NCBI GenBank assembly: GCA_030704615.1
Contig: CM060731.1
Coordinates: 30,132,001 to 30,196,000, forward strand
Origin: Takakia lepidozioides
Lineage: Eukaryota; Plantae; Bryophyta
Direction of reading: 5' to 3'
Length of the DNA stretch: 64,000 bases
Both the position numbers and the translations under genes were made by a program. Below are positions 37,291 to 49,702 of the stretch, piece after piece. The notes beneath the pieces are model-generated. The model was not told the origin of the DNA, did not search any database, and saw only the letters and a list, made by a program, of their open reading frames with translations. Within the stretch, counting starts at the first letter, position 1; each line of letters opens with the position of its first letter.

Positions 37291-40200
37291 AGATACATGG
37301 GAGCTGGGGAGGGATCGCAGGGGGGCGAGGCAACACAGTCAACTTTGGATACTCGTGCCCGGGTGCTGCGCTCACAAGGTGGCAGTGCATCGAGGCAGAC
37401 GAGTCCTCATTCAACACCTCAGATATCGCCTCAGAAAAGCCCACCAAGAGTTCGGAAGCCGAGGAAGCAGAAGGAGCCCATGGCTTCGCCAGTAAAACCA
37501 CTAGGGAGACTGGAAGCGGAGATATTGGGTTTGCAGGCAGTTTCAGAAAACACGGATGCGGTGGAGGCCGCTGGAGATGTCGGAGTCGGATCTGTAGAAG
37601 GGCGGCCCATTGAGTTGACAGAAGCAAAGGACGACAACGTGGTGCGACTTGATGACGATCAGAACCTGCTGGAGCTTGCGGAGGAGCAAAACCTCTAGGG
37701 CAGTAGACAGGCTGGTGAGAGGGGTGAGGGAAGTGAGAGAGGTGCTGGAAGTAAGAAACTGGTGGCGGGTATGCTCATGAGCGCACGAGACATGAACATA
37801 GCAGCAAACAGGTTGCTGGCAGAGACTCATAGCAACATAGGCCGCGTTTTGGGCTCCATGGTGTATCCGGAGAACCTCAAAGTTCCTTTGTGTCGCATGG
37901 TTAGCCTTCCAGTTGTAAGGCAAACACTGCCAGGGGACATTGATTGACTGAAGCACAACTTCAGAGAGGGGCATAGACGGGGGTCGGCAGCATTCTACGT
38001 TTCCATTGAGAATGACCAGGGTGTCACAAGGGGCCCCACTGCAGAGGAGCTTCAGAATTGGAGCCCCCACTGGCACACTGTAAATGCCGAGTTTGAAGCC
38101 TCTTTGAAGACTAATCCCACATTCGCACACATGGAAGGGAAGATGTTCTTCGTTTGGGACGGGAACCACATGATGCTTGCCTGGACAGAATACATTGCTG
38201 AAATGCATCCGCAAGATATCAGTTGGCATTACATAGTGGACTGCATTGTCGTGAAGGTGGACGTCAGGGACAGAGGACTGCTGAAGGGTGCCATGGCGGA
38301 TATAAATCTGTAAGTATATAACTACATCCTTGTGTACTGCCTATTGCGGCGCCGAAGTAGACAATGTTCTTGACTGTCATGCACTCTATGAACTGGAAAT
38401 TGGATTGTTGTGCCGAAATCATATTTTCATGTTTTTTCTTTTTTCTCCATGGCAGGGTAACAGAGAGGGCCTTCGTGGAAACTCATCTGGCACATACGCT
38501 CTACAGAGTGCAAGAAGTGGGAACAGCACCGCTGACGGACTTCCAAAAATCCCTCGATCCCGAGCTGTACAGGATCGCACCTGGTACCGTCCAACACTGG
38601 ATGCCATGGTGGAGATCCTCTATTCTGTGAGGTTCATCTCAAATTTCCCGATTTAATCCTATTTGTTGCAGGGATCCGTGGCCTGACTGTATCCGCTGGG
38701 TATGGGAATGCAGACGAACATCAGGGATGACTTGGCCTATGCCAAAAGGCAGTTCTTTGAGAATGATGCCCCCAACAAGGCGGACGCGTCGATAGAGAGT
38801 CACATTGTGCAGGCAGGGAAGCAATCACGGACCAAGTACAGGTCCAAACTTGTTAAGCAAGTTGCAATCGCTGACCCTGGTCTTAGTGCCGAGTTCCTGG
38901 CGGAGATAGGACTGCATTACTCCAGACCCATGAAACCGGAAATGTCCATGGAGAAACTTCATTACATCGCAGTGTCCTGTGTTGAGCCGGCGGAGAAGGT
39001 AAGCATGTGTTTGTTCTTGTTTTGTGTCTTCTCGCGATTGTCATGATGAAGTTCTTGTCTGACCGATGTTAGGCCATGTAGACGAGGTGGCTGCGAATCT
39101 GGAACGGCCATACAAACATGAAGCTGCTGTACCACTTTCCCATCGAGCCAACAGACGACAAAATGAACAACTGGCTCAATGTGATGACTTGGTGGCATCA
39201 GGTATAATTTCCTCCTCTTCTGTGTGTTGGACATCATCGCAATTTCAAAATCATGAATGTTTTGGAAACCTGCAATGCTGCAGGTACTGACCCACGCCCA
39301 GGAGCAATTGGATTGCAACACCACCACTTTCAAGTTACAGATCGACTGGACGAAGCCTGAGACAATGGAGAACTACGTGCAGTCGTGGCGAGGGCGCTTT
39401 GCAAACCTCTTTTTCAGAGAAATTGCAAAGGCTAGACGCAACATATACATCGAAGAGCAGGAGGGTGCCGACAAAGCGGCAATGCGTGTCCTGTTCACGT
39501 AATCTGCTGCCAATGCATCCCCCTTTTTTGCAGTTTTGATGATTTAGCTAAGCAGCGGTGGATATTGCGGCGCCAAAATATACCTCTGGAAGATGTAAGT
39601 GCTGGGTAATTGGGGCACGGTCCACTGCGTATTTTGGTGCCGAAATACCTTGTGCATTGAGAACTTCCTCTTGCATGATGCATCGGTAGAATGATTTATG
39701 CTGAACTGCCTCGTGATTGCAGGTACATAAACTTTGCACTCATTCCGTCCGGGGCCATTCAAAGGGTTCCACCATTCTTCCTGGCGTGGAGGACACCTGG
39801 AGGTCGTGGTACGATGTACACAGAAGTAATGGCGAAGGAGTGGCATCCCGAGCATTTGGTAGACTGTCCCTGGTATGTGGATCTCCCAAGTGGCACCGTT
39901 GACCTCTCGGAGGTTAACTTGAAGAAGGAAGCGAATGCCAGGGCTATGAAGGCGCAATCGGATCCCCAACCAGAGGACGCGGAAAGACTGAAAGCAGAGG
40001 TAGCAGCCAAGCAGAAAGCACTGAGAAAGTCAGCCAAGGCGGCAGCGTTGGTGAAGGAGCAGATGGAGAAGCAGGCAGCTGAGCAGCCCAAGGACAGGAA
40101 GAAAAGAACGCGCAAACAAGGGCAAGAGACGAAGACCCCCACACCCAAGAAGAAGAAGCAGCAACATAGTCAGCCAGATGACGAGGATTCCGACGACGAT

Positions 40201-42187
40201 TTCCAGCAGGATAACACCCAGGGGGCCACACCTCGTCCGAAAATTCACAAGGGCCAGCGCTCCGGGGGTTCGTCTGCGAAGAGATCACTATGTGAGGATG
40301 CACCTGGCAGACCCTACTGTGCGGTGCTCATTGTGGGCAGGGAAGTCCTCAAAACACCCACAATTGTGAAGTGTGTTAATGAAAATTTCCTAACTGCTCT
40401 GACCAGAAGGCTGGAGATAACGAGATTGAGGAAGGCGATCGAGGCCCACCAAGGGAAGGGGAAGAGGAAGGCCACTGGCAATGATATGGAGGACACTCCT
40501 GGCTACACAAAGATGATGGAGTATTTTGTGGCGATGAGCCACGGCAAAAAGAGCACAGTCGGGGGCAGGGCGGTGAAAGCCTCCATCGACATGATCCTTG
40601 TGGATATCCCGGATGGGCAGGAGATACTGGGGCTGGGCTCACTACCCTGGTGGAACAAGTACGACGAAAGATACTGGAGCCACACATTCGGGTTCGTAGC
40701 CAACATGTTGGACGACGCTGGCTGTGTTGTTGTGCTAGCAGCCGATGGAGAAGTCACTGAGAATGATATCCAAGTATGGACGGGGAGAAGTGCAGCACCC
40801 TCCTGAAAAAGATCTGGACTTGCATCAACACGCAGGGTCTTCTAAACGATGGCCAGAAGATATGCTGTGGTTCTCCTCTGCTATGCCAATTTCTGCGCCA
40901 AAATTGCCCATGTACGTGTAGGCCACCTCCGACGTTTTCATTTCCTTCTTTGCAGACTCTTATCTTTCAGGCATTCTGCTTCGTGAAGGAACATTCGAAA
41001 TTCAAATTACGTCAAGCAGAAAGACTTGTTGATTCCACAGTTGATCCACTGGAGTATAACGTCCTCTTCAACCATGTGGGAGAGAAGGACATGCTTTGTG
41101 ATTTGTCGGGCAAGCCGTGGAGGTATGGCAGGACCAGGAGTCCAGCATTCATCCAGACGCTCATGGAAACGTGTATGGATGTTGAAGGCAGGGTCCTCGA
41201 CGTCACTGCAAATACAGGTGAGAGCGTTAAGTGATTGCGGCACCGAAATTGACACCATTTCTGATTGTGTATGATTGCTTGTACGAGGAAGCGACTAATT
41301 CTTGAGTTTGGCTGTGCTTGTGTCGTATGAATTCGTAGGTGCCTGTATGTGGGCGGGAAGGATGTCCAACCGATTTGTGTTCTCATTTGAGGGGGATACG
41401 GCCTTGTACGATTTCAATTTGGCGGGCCTACAGCGTCTGCCTCCAACCGAGGATCCCAAAAATGTAGAAGAGGACGTGGAAGGGGAGGAGGAAGAGGAAG
41501 AGGAGGAAGTCCAGGAAATTCGTACGATGCAGGGGCGCTCGAAGCCGCTTCCTCCAATGCCTGTTTTCGAGTGAGTTGCACCATAGTAAGTGTATTGGTT
41601 TCGGTTGTAGGGACCATGCAACCTGCCAATGATTCCCTGTTTGAATGCTCTAATGTGCTTCATTCTATGTTTGTGCGTACACTCAGCCTTGCAGAGTCGT
41701 CCGACGAGGAAATGTTGGGAGACATGCCCGAATCGGACCCTGTTGTAGAGGAGGAGACAAAATCGCATCGGCCATTCTTTGCCAGAAAATCGTTTCTCGC
41801 GAGTCCCAAAAGCCCTTTTTTCTTCCAGCCTATGTAGACACGGCTGCCAGAGAAGCCATCAGGAGGGAGGATAGGCCTACTCGATTTGAGCAATTGAAAT
41901 TCGGGAATGAGCATAGAATTATAATGAGGCGTGAGGCCAAACATAGAATTGTGAAAGGCAGAGTAGGCAAGTTCGTCATAGAATCCGCGTCCGAGAGCGA
42001 GGGGGATGATGAGGACAATTCCGCACCCAGGTGGACAGTTCCGGCCGGTGAGGATGGTATTTTTGAGGGGAGGGCTTCTCAGAGTAACAGCGGTAGCGGC
42101 AGTGCAGGTTCGGAGGCAGGTGGAAGGCAGCCATCCTTGCATGAGGCCGGGGATGCATCGGACAGTGATCGCGGATCCTCACCATAG
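37291..42187 (+). pseudogene. Multi-exon MULE accessory gene: ParB/Srx-like domain plus amino-DNA-methyltransferase-like domain (beta-type motif order)
   Basis: VPLCRMVSLPVVRQ...FFVWDGNHMMLAW (38146-38184, cf. DGxHR). IDMILVDIPDG (40585-40617, cf. VDLILTDPPYG). RSPAFIQTLMETCMDVEGRVLDVTANTG|ACMWAGRMSNRFVFSFEGD across an intron at ~41218-41338 (cf. KP..L...GD.VLDPFAGSG...GR...G.E.D). GT-AG introns; premature stops. Confidence 0.7.
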
Positions 42188-42992
42188 CAAAGTCTCATTT
42201 GGATCATTTTGTTGTACAGTTCTGAAACACTTAATGAAAATATTGACGATTTCAAGAATCATTGTGTTCAGACTGCATGTCCGATTCCCTACATTTCTTC
42301 CGGCAACCTAAATGTATAATAAAAGCAGAAGAGACGCAAACTTAAGTAAAGAACCCTACAAGTAAATTATGCACACCAGCGAGCCGGGAACTTGAAGCCA
42401 TGAAAACCCTACCGTTTCTAACATTCCTATTGGGAATTTCTGCGCCGAAATAGCCCAGTGTGCGCCTTCATAATATGGGCCTTATAAAATTCCACGAAGG
42501 AATTACTACACCAAAATATCACGATGGAAGCCTTCAGCACAAGGCACTTCAGCACATTCCACTAGGGTATTTCGGCGCCGAAATAGCCCGCTCTGCGCCA
42601 TAAAATACCGCAGTATATCACATTTTAAGAGGAGACTTCGGCGCCAAAATACCCCGGTGGATGTCTTCAAAACACCACTTTAGCACACTGCTCTTGGGAA
42701 TTTCGGCGCCGAAATACCAAGGTCGGTGGTTTTAGGACGGCGGTGGTTTTAGCACAATTTCTTCCCGTAATGTCGTGGCACCTTCTTTGTCGAGCCCCTT
42801 GTAGCCCCACTCATTTTTGATCACCTGTGTGGGTAGCCGTTGCTGGCCAATGGGGGCACGTATTGCCGTTGCCCCAGAGAAGATCACCTGAGAAGGTTTT
42901 CCTCATTGGGTTTTCAATGTTTGCATCTCCTTGTTTAAAAACAACAGTGATTACTTGTCCCTCTCCATTCCCGGTGGGCGCACACTTCCTCA

Positions 42993-43619
42993 ATGTCGCC
43001 CTGTATAAGTGCCTTCTGCATTCGACGGAGCGGGATTGGAGGATCGCGATTGCGTGAGCCGGTGATGGGAGACATTATGGTGGAGTTGGACTTCAGTGAA
43101 GGTACACGCAGGGTGACGAGTTTCCGAGCACTTCTGTGGGATTCTCTTTGGGTGAGGCCTGCCAGTGGACAACAGTGGATACTTGTTGTGCGAGATAGAC
43201 CTGGAAGACGGAGTGTTCGTCTCTTCATCATGAGATGTTGTTGCGGCGAGTTCTGGAGGTCTTACTACCATAACTATACTGCACCTCCACAGTATTTGCT
43301 CCCGGATAGGGCTCTTGAGTTGCTCACTCACTCTTCTGGGCCAGGGAATATGTTGTTGACACTAAGGAAGAATCGGAACAGGTTTGTCCTAGATGTTTGC
43401 GAATTTCACGACGTTGTGGAGGAGGTCCCAATAGGAGGCCTCCAATATCTGCATGTTTTCACGAACGTGACCTCTATAGATATCTTGTATCTTTATGTTT
43501 GCCATCTTAATCCAGAAAACGGCAATGCGCAGTGGACAAGTACCGCACTACTCCTAATTCTGGACTTGTGGTTCGACGACTCGGTGGTTCGTGTTGTGAA
43601 TGTCAACGCAGCAACATAA
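42993..43619 (+). CDS. Orphan MULE cargo ORF (208 aa)
   Basis: Uninterrupted ORF inside the TIR with globular-looking composition. No domain recognised. Confidence 0.4.
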   Translation: MSPCISAFCIRRSGIGGSRLREPVMGDIMVELDFSEGTRRVTSFRALLWDSLWVRPASGQQWILVVRDRPGRRSVRLFIMRCCCGEFWRSYYHNYTAPPQYLLPDRALELLTHSSGPGNMLLTLRKNRNRFVLDVCEFHDVVEEVPIGGLQYLHVFTNVTSIDILYLYVCHLNPENGNAQWTSTALLLILDLWFDDSVVRVVNVNAAT

Positions 43620-44276
43620 CGCGGTAATGATCATTGTGGAGGGTGATTGGAGGGCACAGGCTCCGGGACATGGTAGTTCCACAGGTTTCTTATGCCGCAG
43701 TGGTATTTCTGATGATGGAAGCTCGGAGTAGTCGCTGTACAAAATAAAAACTTGTGGTTGCCTGATGTTTTTATTTCGAGCGTCATATCAATGTGGGCTT
43801 GATGTTGAGTTGAATGGGGTTTGCAAGTTCAACTGTCGTCTGACCCTGAATGTATTACCTTGTCAGTACAATGGCTTGTGAGGGCTACAATTTTGTGTCT
43901 CTTTCCTGTCCTGCACAATGTTTTACAGTGGTGACGTGGAATAACGGCACCGAAATACCTCATCCCGCATCTTGGACCAGGAGAAACAGACCCTATTACC
44001 GAGGTAAGAGGACATACCACCGTCGATAAATGCACGAAAATTCCAATTCCGCGGATGCCCGCTCATGGGCTCATGGGCTCATGGGCTCATGAAATAGTAA
44101 ACCTCAGAAGCGCTCCCCCGTGAAGTGCTCCCCTTCTTGTTGCCGCTCTCCTTAATCTACCCGCAAGCTGTTCTAACCACCTAACTAACTAACCGTCACC
44201 CCTGAAGTAACACGTTCCCTCTGCAGATGTCGTTCCCACACAGTCGTTCCCTGTCAATGATAACTGTTCCCTATGT

Positions 44277-44472
44277 ACTGTGACAGGCTGTGTCAAGCTG
44301 TGACTGGCTGTGTAAAGCTGTGTCGGGCTGTGGCGGCTGTGACTGGCTGTGACGGGCTGTGTGAAGCTGTATCGGGATGCGTTTGACTGTGACGGGCTGT
44401 GTGAAGCTGTGTCGGGCTGCGTCTGACTGTGACGGGTTGTGTGAAGCTGTGTGGAGCTGTGTCGGGCTGTGT
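44277..44472. repeat. 10-bp-unit minisatellite (GCTGTGACGG / GCTGTGTGAA / GCTGTGTCGG)
   Basis: About 195 bp of degenerate tandem decamers. Confidence 0.85.
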
Positions 44473-45254
44473 ACCCCCCCTAAAGCCTGCTGCTGCCACC
44501 CCTAAGGCTCATGTTGGTCTCAGTCTGCGCAAAAATTAAGGGTACCCCACAGAACCCGTAAAAGCGTCTAAGTCCCAAGCAGCCATCTAACACTCTGGAG
44601 TCTAGCTTCTCTTGTGCAGGGGCCAAGGGACAAAGTCCTGTTTATGTAGTGCCCTACGAAGTGAACTTGGTTTGAGCATCCTCTTGGGTTCGAGTATCCT
44701 ATTTGTAGGTTTGAGCAAGACTGGCAGATCAACTGGGTTTGAGAGTGTGGTCAAACTCTATTGATCTGCCCATTGCAGTTCAAAATGCTATTTGGATTAC
44801 CACTCAAGCATGCATGGCCTGCGTGCATCCTGAAGCTGCACCCCTGACACTTTCTCTTCCCCCATGGCCAATGGAAGACACAACAATGTCCTGTGTTTCG
44901 CAATTTCGGTACACGTATATAATCAGTCTTGTATATATTACAACGTAAAAAATGTACATCCCTAGGCTTAAGCTCCGATATTGAATAATCTTTGACATGT
45001 GTGTTTGCAGGAAGCAAACACGTATGGGAGCTATGTAAAGCTCAAGCTGCTGGCCATTCCAGACACTGAATCAAGTACCTGTAGGCCTTAGGTAGTGGGC
45101 AATAGTCTACAGTCTGAGAACAGGCTGAAAAGGTAGGTGAAGAGATTCTATTTGGCATCCATTGACCCTTCGGCCTGGAAACCAAGCCAGTGACTGGCAC
45201 AATAATGTTCTATGGCAGATGTTGAAGCTCCATGATAGTACAATTTGCAAAGGT

Positions 45255-48200
45255 CTAAATCAATTCTGAGAATTTAACAGTCCTCATATTCCACACTTCA
45301 ACACTGTGAGCTGTGACATCTTTAGTGCCATTGTTGAAAAGGTACACATGTGCTGATTTTCCAAATGCAAGCTCAGGGTAGACCCTTGACGTGATAACAG
45401 TTCTGCCTCCTTGGGCAAAGCTTTCCACAACTACATGATCCACCTGCACACACCACCAGGATTGGTGATGAATTAGCAGAATCTCGATGACCAACAAACT
45501 AGACCCTAGATCTTTTACTCAAATAGGGAAAGTGGGTTCGATGTGGGAGTGGTTATAATTTTGAAATCGCTTGTATATAGAAGGAGGATCGCATACCAGG
45601 ACACGGAGAGACAGAAATTTGTCAGTTGGATACACACGGACATAGCTGCCGTAAGTGGTTTTGTCGAGATCCGATCCCACAGACGACCTGCGCGCCAAAA
45701 CAACAGCTTAGGATATCCACGACGTTCAAAGATTTTAGAGTGTCAAAGTCTGTAGAACGAAATCCAAGAGCTTTCTAAGTCCTCTTGTCGCTTGAGTAGA
45801 AAGACGATTGATGATTGTAAATAACCTGCTTTGATCACTGCAAAAGAGTATCTTCCAGCCGCCCAGTCTGGTGTGGACGAAGTGGAAGTAGATGGCCGTC
45901 TGCTCCTGCATGTCATCTGTGGCCAGCACCAGGATTCCAAAGGGTCCATAGAGGCCTCTCGTCGCTGACTGAGTTTGGCTGCACATCAGCTGCCCCTCCT
46001 CGGCAAGGACCTCCGGCGGCGTACCTCCTTGGCTCACATCAGGAATCTCAAATGATAACTGTATATCAAGCTGCACAAGACACGATTGTATCATTGATCA
46101 AGCTCGACCAGCTTCCCCCCGGTATTCAAGATAGGAATTTTTTACACGAAAAATGACAGTGTCTGTAGAGAGCGATGAAAACCTGAGCCCCTTGAACATC
46201 CAAAAGTTGCACAACCGAGCCTGAGGGGAGTTTCACATTCTTAGAGAAGACTTTGCTGCTACGGAGATGCTCCACCTCCTCAATTGGCCATTGGCTGAGG
46301 TCAGAGGTGGTCTTCCCCTCTAGCCAAACTTTCCGCGGTATTACCTGCCACCCAGTGGATTACAAGGGCCCTCCCCATCAGCTCGCGAGCCGTAACCAAG
46401 GCCTTCTTGCACATTGGTTGTATTTGCGTTCCGGAGTCAAGAACTGATGACAGGACCGATTCGTTCATGGCAGATCATATGTGCATGTTCAATCTCTAGA
46501 GTTGCGTCCTAGGGGGGTATCAAACCACTTGAGGTCGAATGTGAGAAAATCCGCGCACCTGGATAGATGCCCAACCCTTCTCAATGTCATCTTGCACACT
46601 GTCGGACTCATTGACCCACCCATACAGAATTCGCCGGCGTGTGCGCTGATCATAGAATGTCTTGGAGGCATAAAATTTTCCGTAATCGTAACGTAACCCG
46701 ATGCCAGTGTCGATTTCAGGATTCTCTGGCTCGTAAGTGTCGGATTCTGTGCGGTATTTCCCCACAGAATAGTAGTCGTGCTTTTTATCATCTGAGCTGA
46801 TTTTGAGCACGTGTTTTACTGAGGGTCCATGGACTGAGGGGTCCAGGCCCAGCTCACCCGAAAGTTGCACAGGGTAAAAATCTGGGCATTCCCACATTCC
46901 AGTGCCTGCGTGAGAGTGCAATTGTTGATCGTATTTCCAGGTTTGAAAATCTTTGCTTTTGAACAACAGAGCAGTTCCAATTGTCCCTCCAGCACCTGTG
47001 TTTGCACCCACCAGCATTCTCCATACCCCATCAGGGCCTTTCCAAGCGGTTGTGGGATCCCGAAATTCAGTGCTGTTGTATCCCGGCGGAGCGACTGCAA
47101 TTGGATTGCGCGGATCCTTGTTCAAACACATGCTCAACAGAATAAGTTCAAGAAGAGGATCTTCAGGATGAAATTATTGATTCCAGAGTTCTAACTTAGA
47201 TTAGTTCCGGACGATGATCTCGAGTTGGATCGGCTTCAAAGTTGCCCCTAGCTATGGACCGACCGAAATTGCGAGAATTGTGGAGCACTATACGTCAAAT
47301 TTCAAGAGCCACCGACAGTCTAGTCACTAGTGATCATGCTTGCTACCAGAACAGAGATGGGACACAGGTGGCTGTTGTGGAATGGACCACTCGTGAACTC
47401 ATGGGTCCAGGAATCTTCGACGTTGAATCTCCAGATAAAGTACTGAAATGCAGGTAGACGTGTAGACTCCTTCACATTGTATTTCAGTGGTCCTACGACT
47501 TAACAGAATAAGATTGGATGCGGCGGACAGGCAGTGTAAAAGAGAGTATGGAAGAAGAGGAGACAGACTAACCTTAATCCATTTTCTGAGCAAGGGGTCG
47601 GATTTATCGGCAGGAATGGCCAAGTTCTGTGTTTGGATAGATGCATTCGAGTTGCCAGTGTACAGCAACACAGGAGAGCCATCTTCCACAAAAGTAGCCG
47701 ACCCAGACCACACTCCATTGACATCATACCATTTGTCTCGATAAAGCGCTGATTCCAGGTAGCGCCAATGAATGAGGTCTCGTGAGACTGCATGACCCCA
47801 CTCTATAGTACCGGCCACTGCTGCATGTGGGTTGTACTGATAGAAGAGGTGATAGTATCCCTTGTAATACATTGGCCCTGCCAGGAGATTCTCAAAGATC
47901 TGAGTTGCGTAATATTCCTCTAATCTCTTGAAAGTCAGTTGAGCTAGTTCATGTGGATATGAGGAAATTGAGAGCTCACTCTTGACTAGGTGAACTGAGC
48001 GCAAGTATATGAACATGTCCTTGAACAGATCGTGTACTTTTTATTTCTGAACTAAACAAGAACCTTCCAGGATCTTATATAGATCTGCTATGTACAGTGT
48101 ACTAGCGATTGATCGAGAAGTTATTGCCGAGTAAATGTCAAACTACAGCTCGACAAGTGTGCCCGGTGAGAATACTTGTATGGCATGGTTCACCATTCGA

Positions 48201-49702
48201 GCATCAAGATGAGAGCTCTGTGAGTCCATCAATAGATAATATATCTCAGGGATGCAGTCCAATCCCTGCACCCCGCAACACACACTTCTGTTGTACGAAT
48301 ACGTATCAATTCAAGTTGCTGAATCTATGCCTCGAATGTCCCAACATCAACAATCTAGAAATACTTCGCCATTGAGGAAATTTTCAAGAACAGAATTTTG
48401 AACTTTCTCCCTAAGTACTATGCCGCCGAAAATATTCAAGAAAGGTATACAAGATTTCCATTCCTACTGAAAAATGCCATGAAATTTTAGATGAAGGTAG
48501 GGCATATAGTTAGGAATGCCCATGATTCAGCGGTCAAAATTTTATATATATCTAGATCGTAAAATTGTTAAATTTGTTATCTAGGGAATCTGCAGGTAGA
48601 TCATGACACAATGAATGCTACTGATTAACTGCTGCCTGGTCCAGCGTAATCCTGACTTCAGTCTAAACTAATTCTGGTGGTGATCAGCACTGGCAGTGAC
48701 TCTCTGGGAGTGGCAAAGCTAGCAGATTTGGAATCAGAATAAGAGTCAAATCGAAATTAGAGATCATAATTATTGAGGACAAAAGTGGAGAGACTGACCA
48801 TTTGGATCTGTTGTTGAATTCGCATCACAATTTCATCGTCCGCCAAGCACCCACGCATACACGTTTGTTTAAACCAGTGTTAAAATGAGGCGCCTTTGAT
48901 AGGGAGAGGAATCGAAATATGGATATTTGCTTTACGTATCCCAAATGACGTGAATGCTTATTCTCGGGAAGTTGAGTAACACCTCTACTTAGATCTTCAA
49001 CAACACAAAGAGAAAATCTGTGCACCAAAGCTCTTAAATGTCCGCGTGTGTGTGTATCTAGAGTCCAAATTGGTGCGTGGGGGGCTGCTCAAGCTCTGGT
49101 ACTTTGTCCTCTAGATATCTTGCAGGTTTATGCTCAGGACTGGTATTCCTCCCCCTGAAGACTGAGCTTCCTTGTTCATGTTCCTGAAGCCCAAAGCGGG
49201 CCAAGTCCTCATACTAGCAGGAATAGTCTTATTAAAAGGTATTTAACTCTTAGAAGAAAAAACTAGTTCTAAGATATATCCCCAGGCTCTCTCGTCATCA
49301 CTTGGTTTTGACAAATCCGAAGAGTCCCCAGTTTATGGACAAGCGCGTACCGTTCATCCAATGCTTCTTAGGCTGAAAATGATAGGCAGTGCGAGCGGGT
49401 GCCTTTGATAATTCTTTGGCCTTCTTGGCGGTGGTGGATGCTGCAGGAATTTCCCCCTGCTCGAGCCGTCGGCGGAAAGCGAGATCCTCCTGGGCAGCAG
49501 TGGACAAGGAAAAAGAATAACCCGGGCCAGTGTGCAAGGAGGAGATGGTCCCAGCTAGTAAGCTCAACAAAATGAGCTGGGCCAACACAGGCATACCCGA
49601 TACCGGTGACATCGACCGGCATCGACCAGTGCCGGTTCTGACTTGCAAGAACCCACGTGAGGAAAAAGAGGTACCATACATCTTCGGACGGACTTCCTTC
49701 AT
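45255..49702 (-). CDS. CWINV: GH32 beta-fructofuranosidase (cell-wall-invertase type), 8 exons
   Basis: Exons 49702(or a later Met)-49351, 48807-48799 (9-bp mini-exon), 47877-47573, 47116-46559, 46344-46183, 46070-45826, 45687-45597, 45443-45255. Motifs WMNDPNG, WSGSAT, FRDP, WECPDF; N-terminal hydrophobic segment. Confidence 0.93.

Larger units (their letters stand above)
37291..44105. mobile_element. Large MULE, accessory-gene half
   Basis: TIR GGGCTCATGAAATAGTAAACCTC ends at 44105 and is followed by TSD AGAAGCGCTC. Subterminal TTTCGGCGCCGAAAT copies at 42430-42720. Confidence 0.9.

Noticed and set aside
37291-42187. Bacterial contamination or prophage origin of the ParB/MTase-like gene
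   Set aside because: It has GT-AG introns, lies inside MULE TIRs with a TSD, and is contiguous with plant genes.
44116-44592. Solo LTR as host of the large MULE (TGTTAG start on the minus strand)
   Set aside because: No matching end or 5-bp TSD could be found on the 27.2-27.4 kb side.
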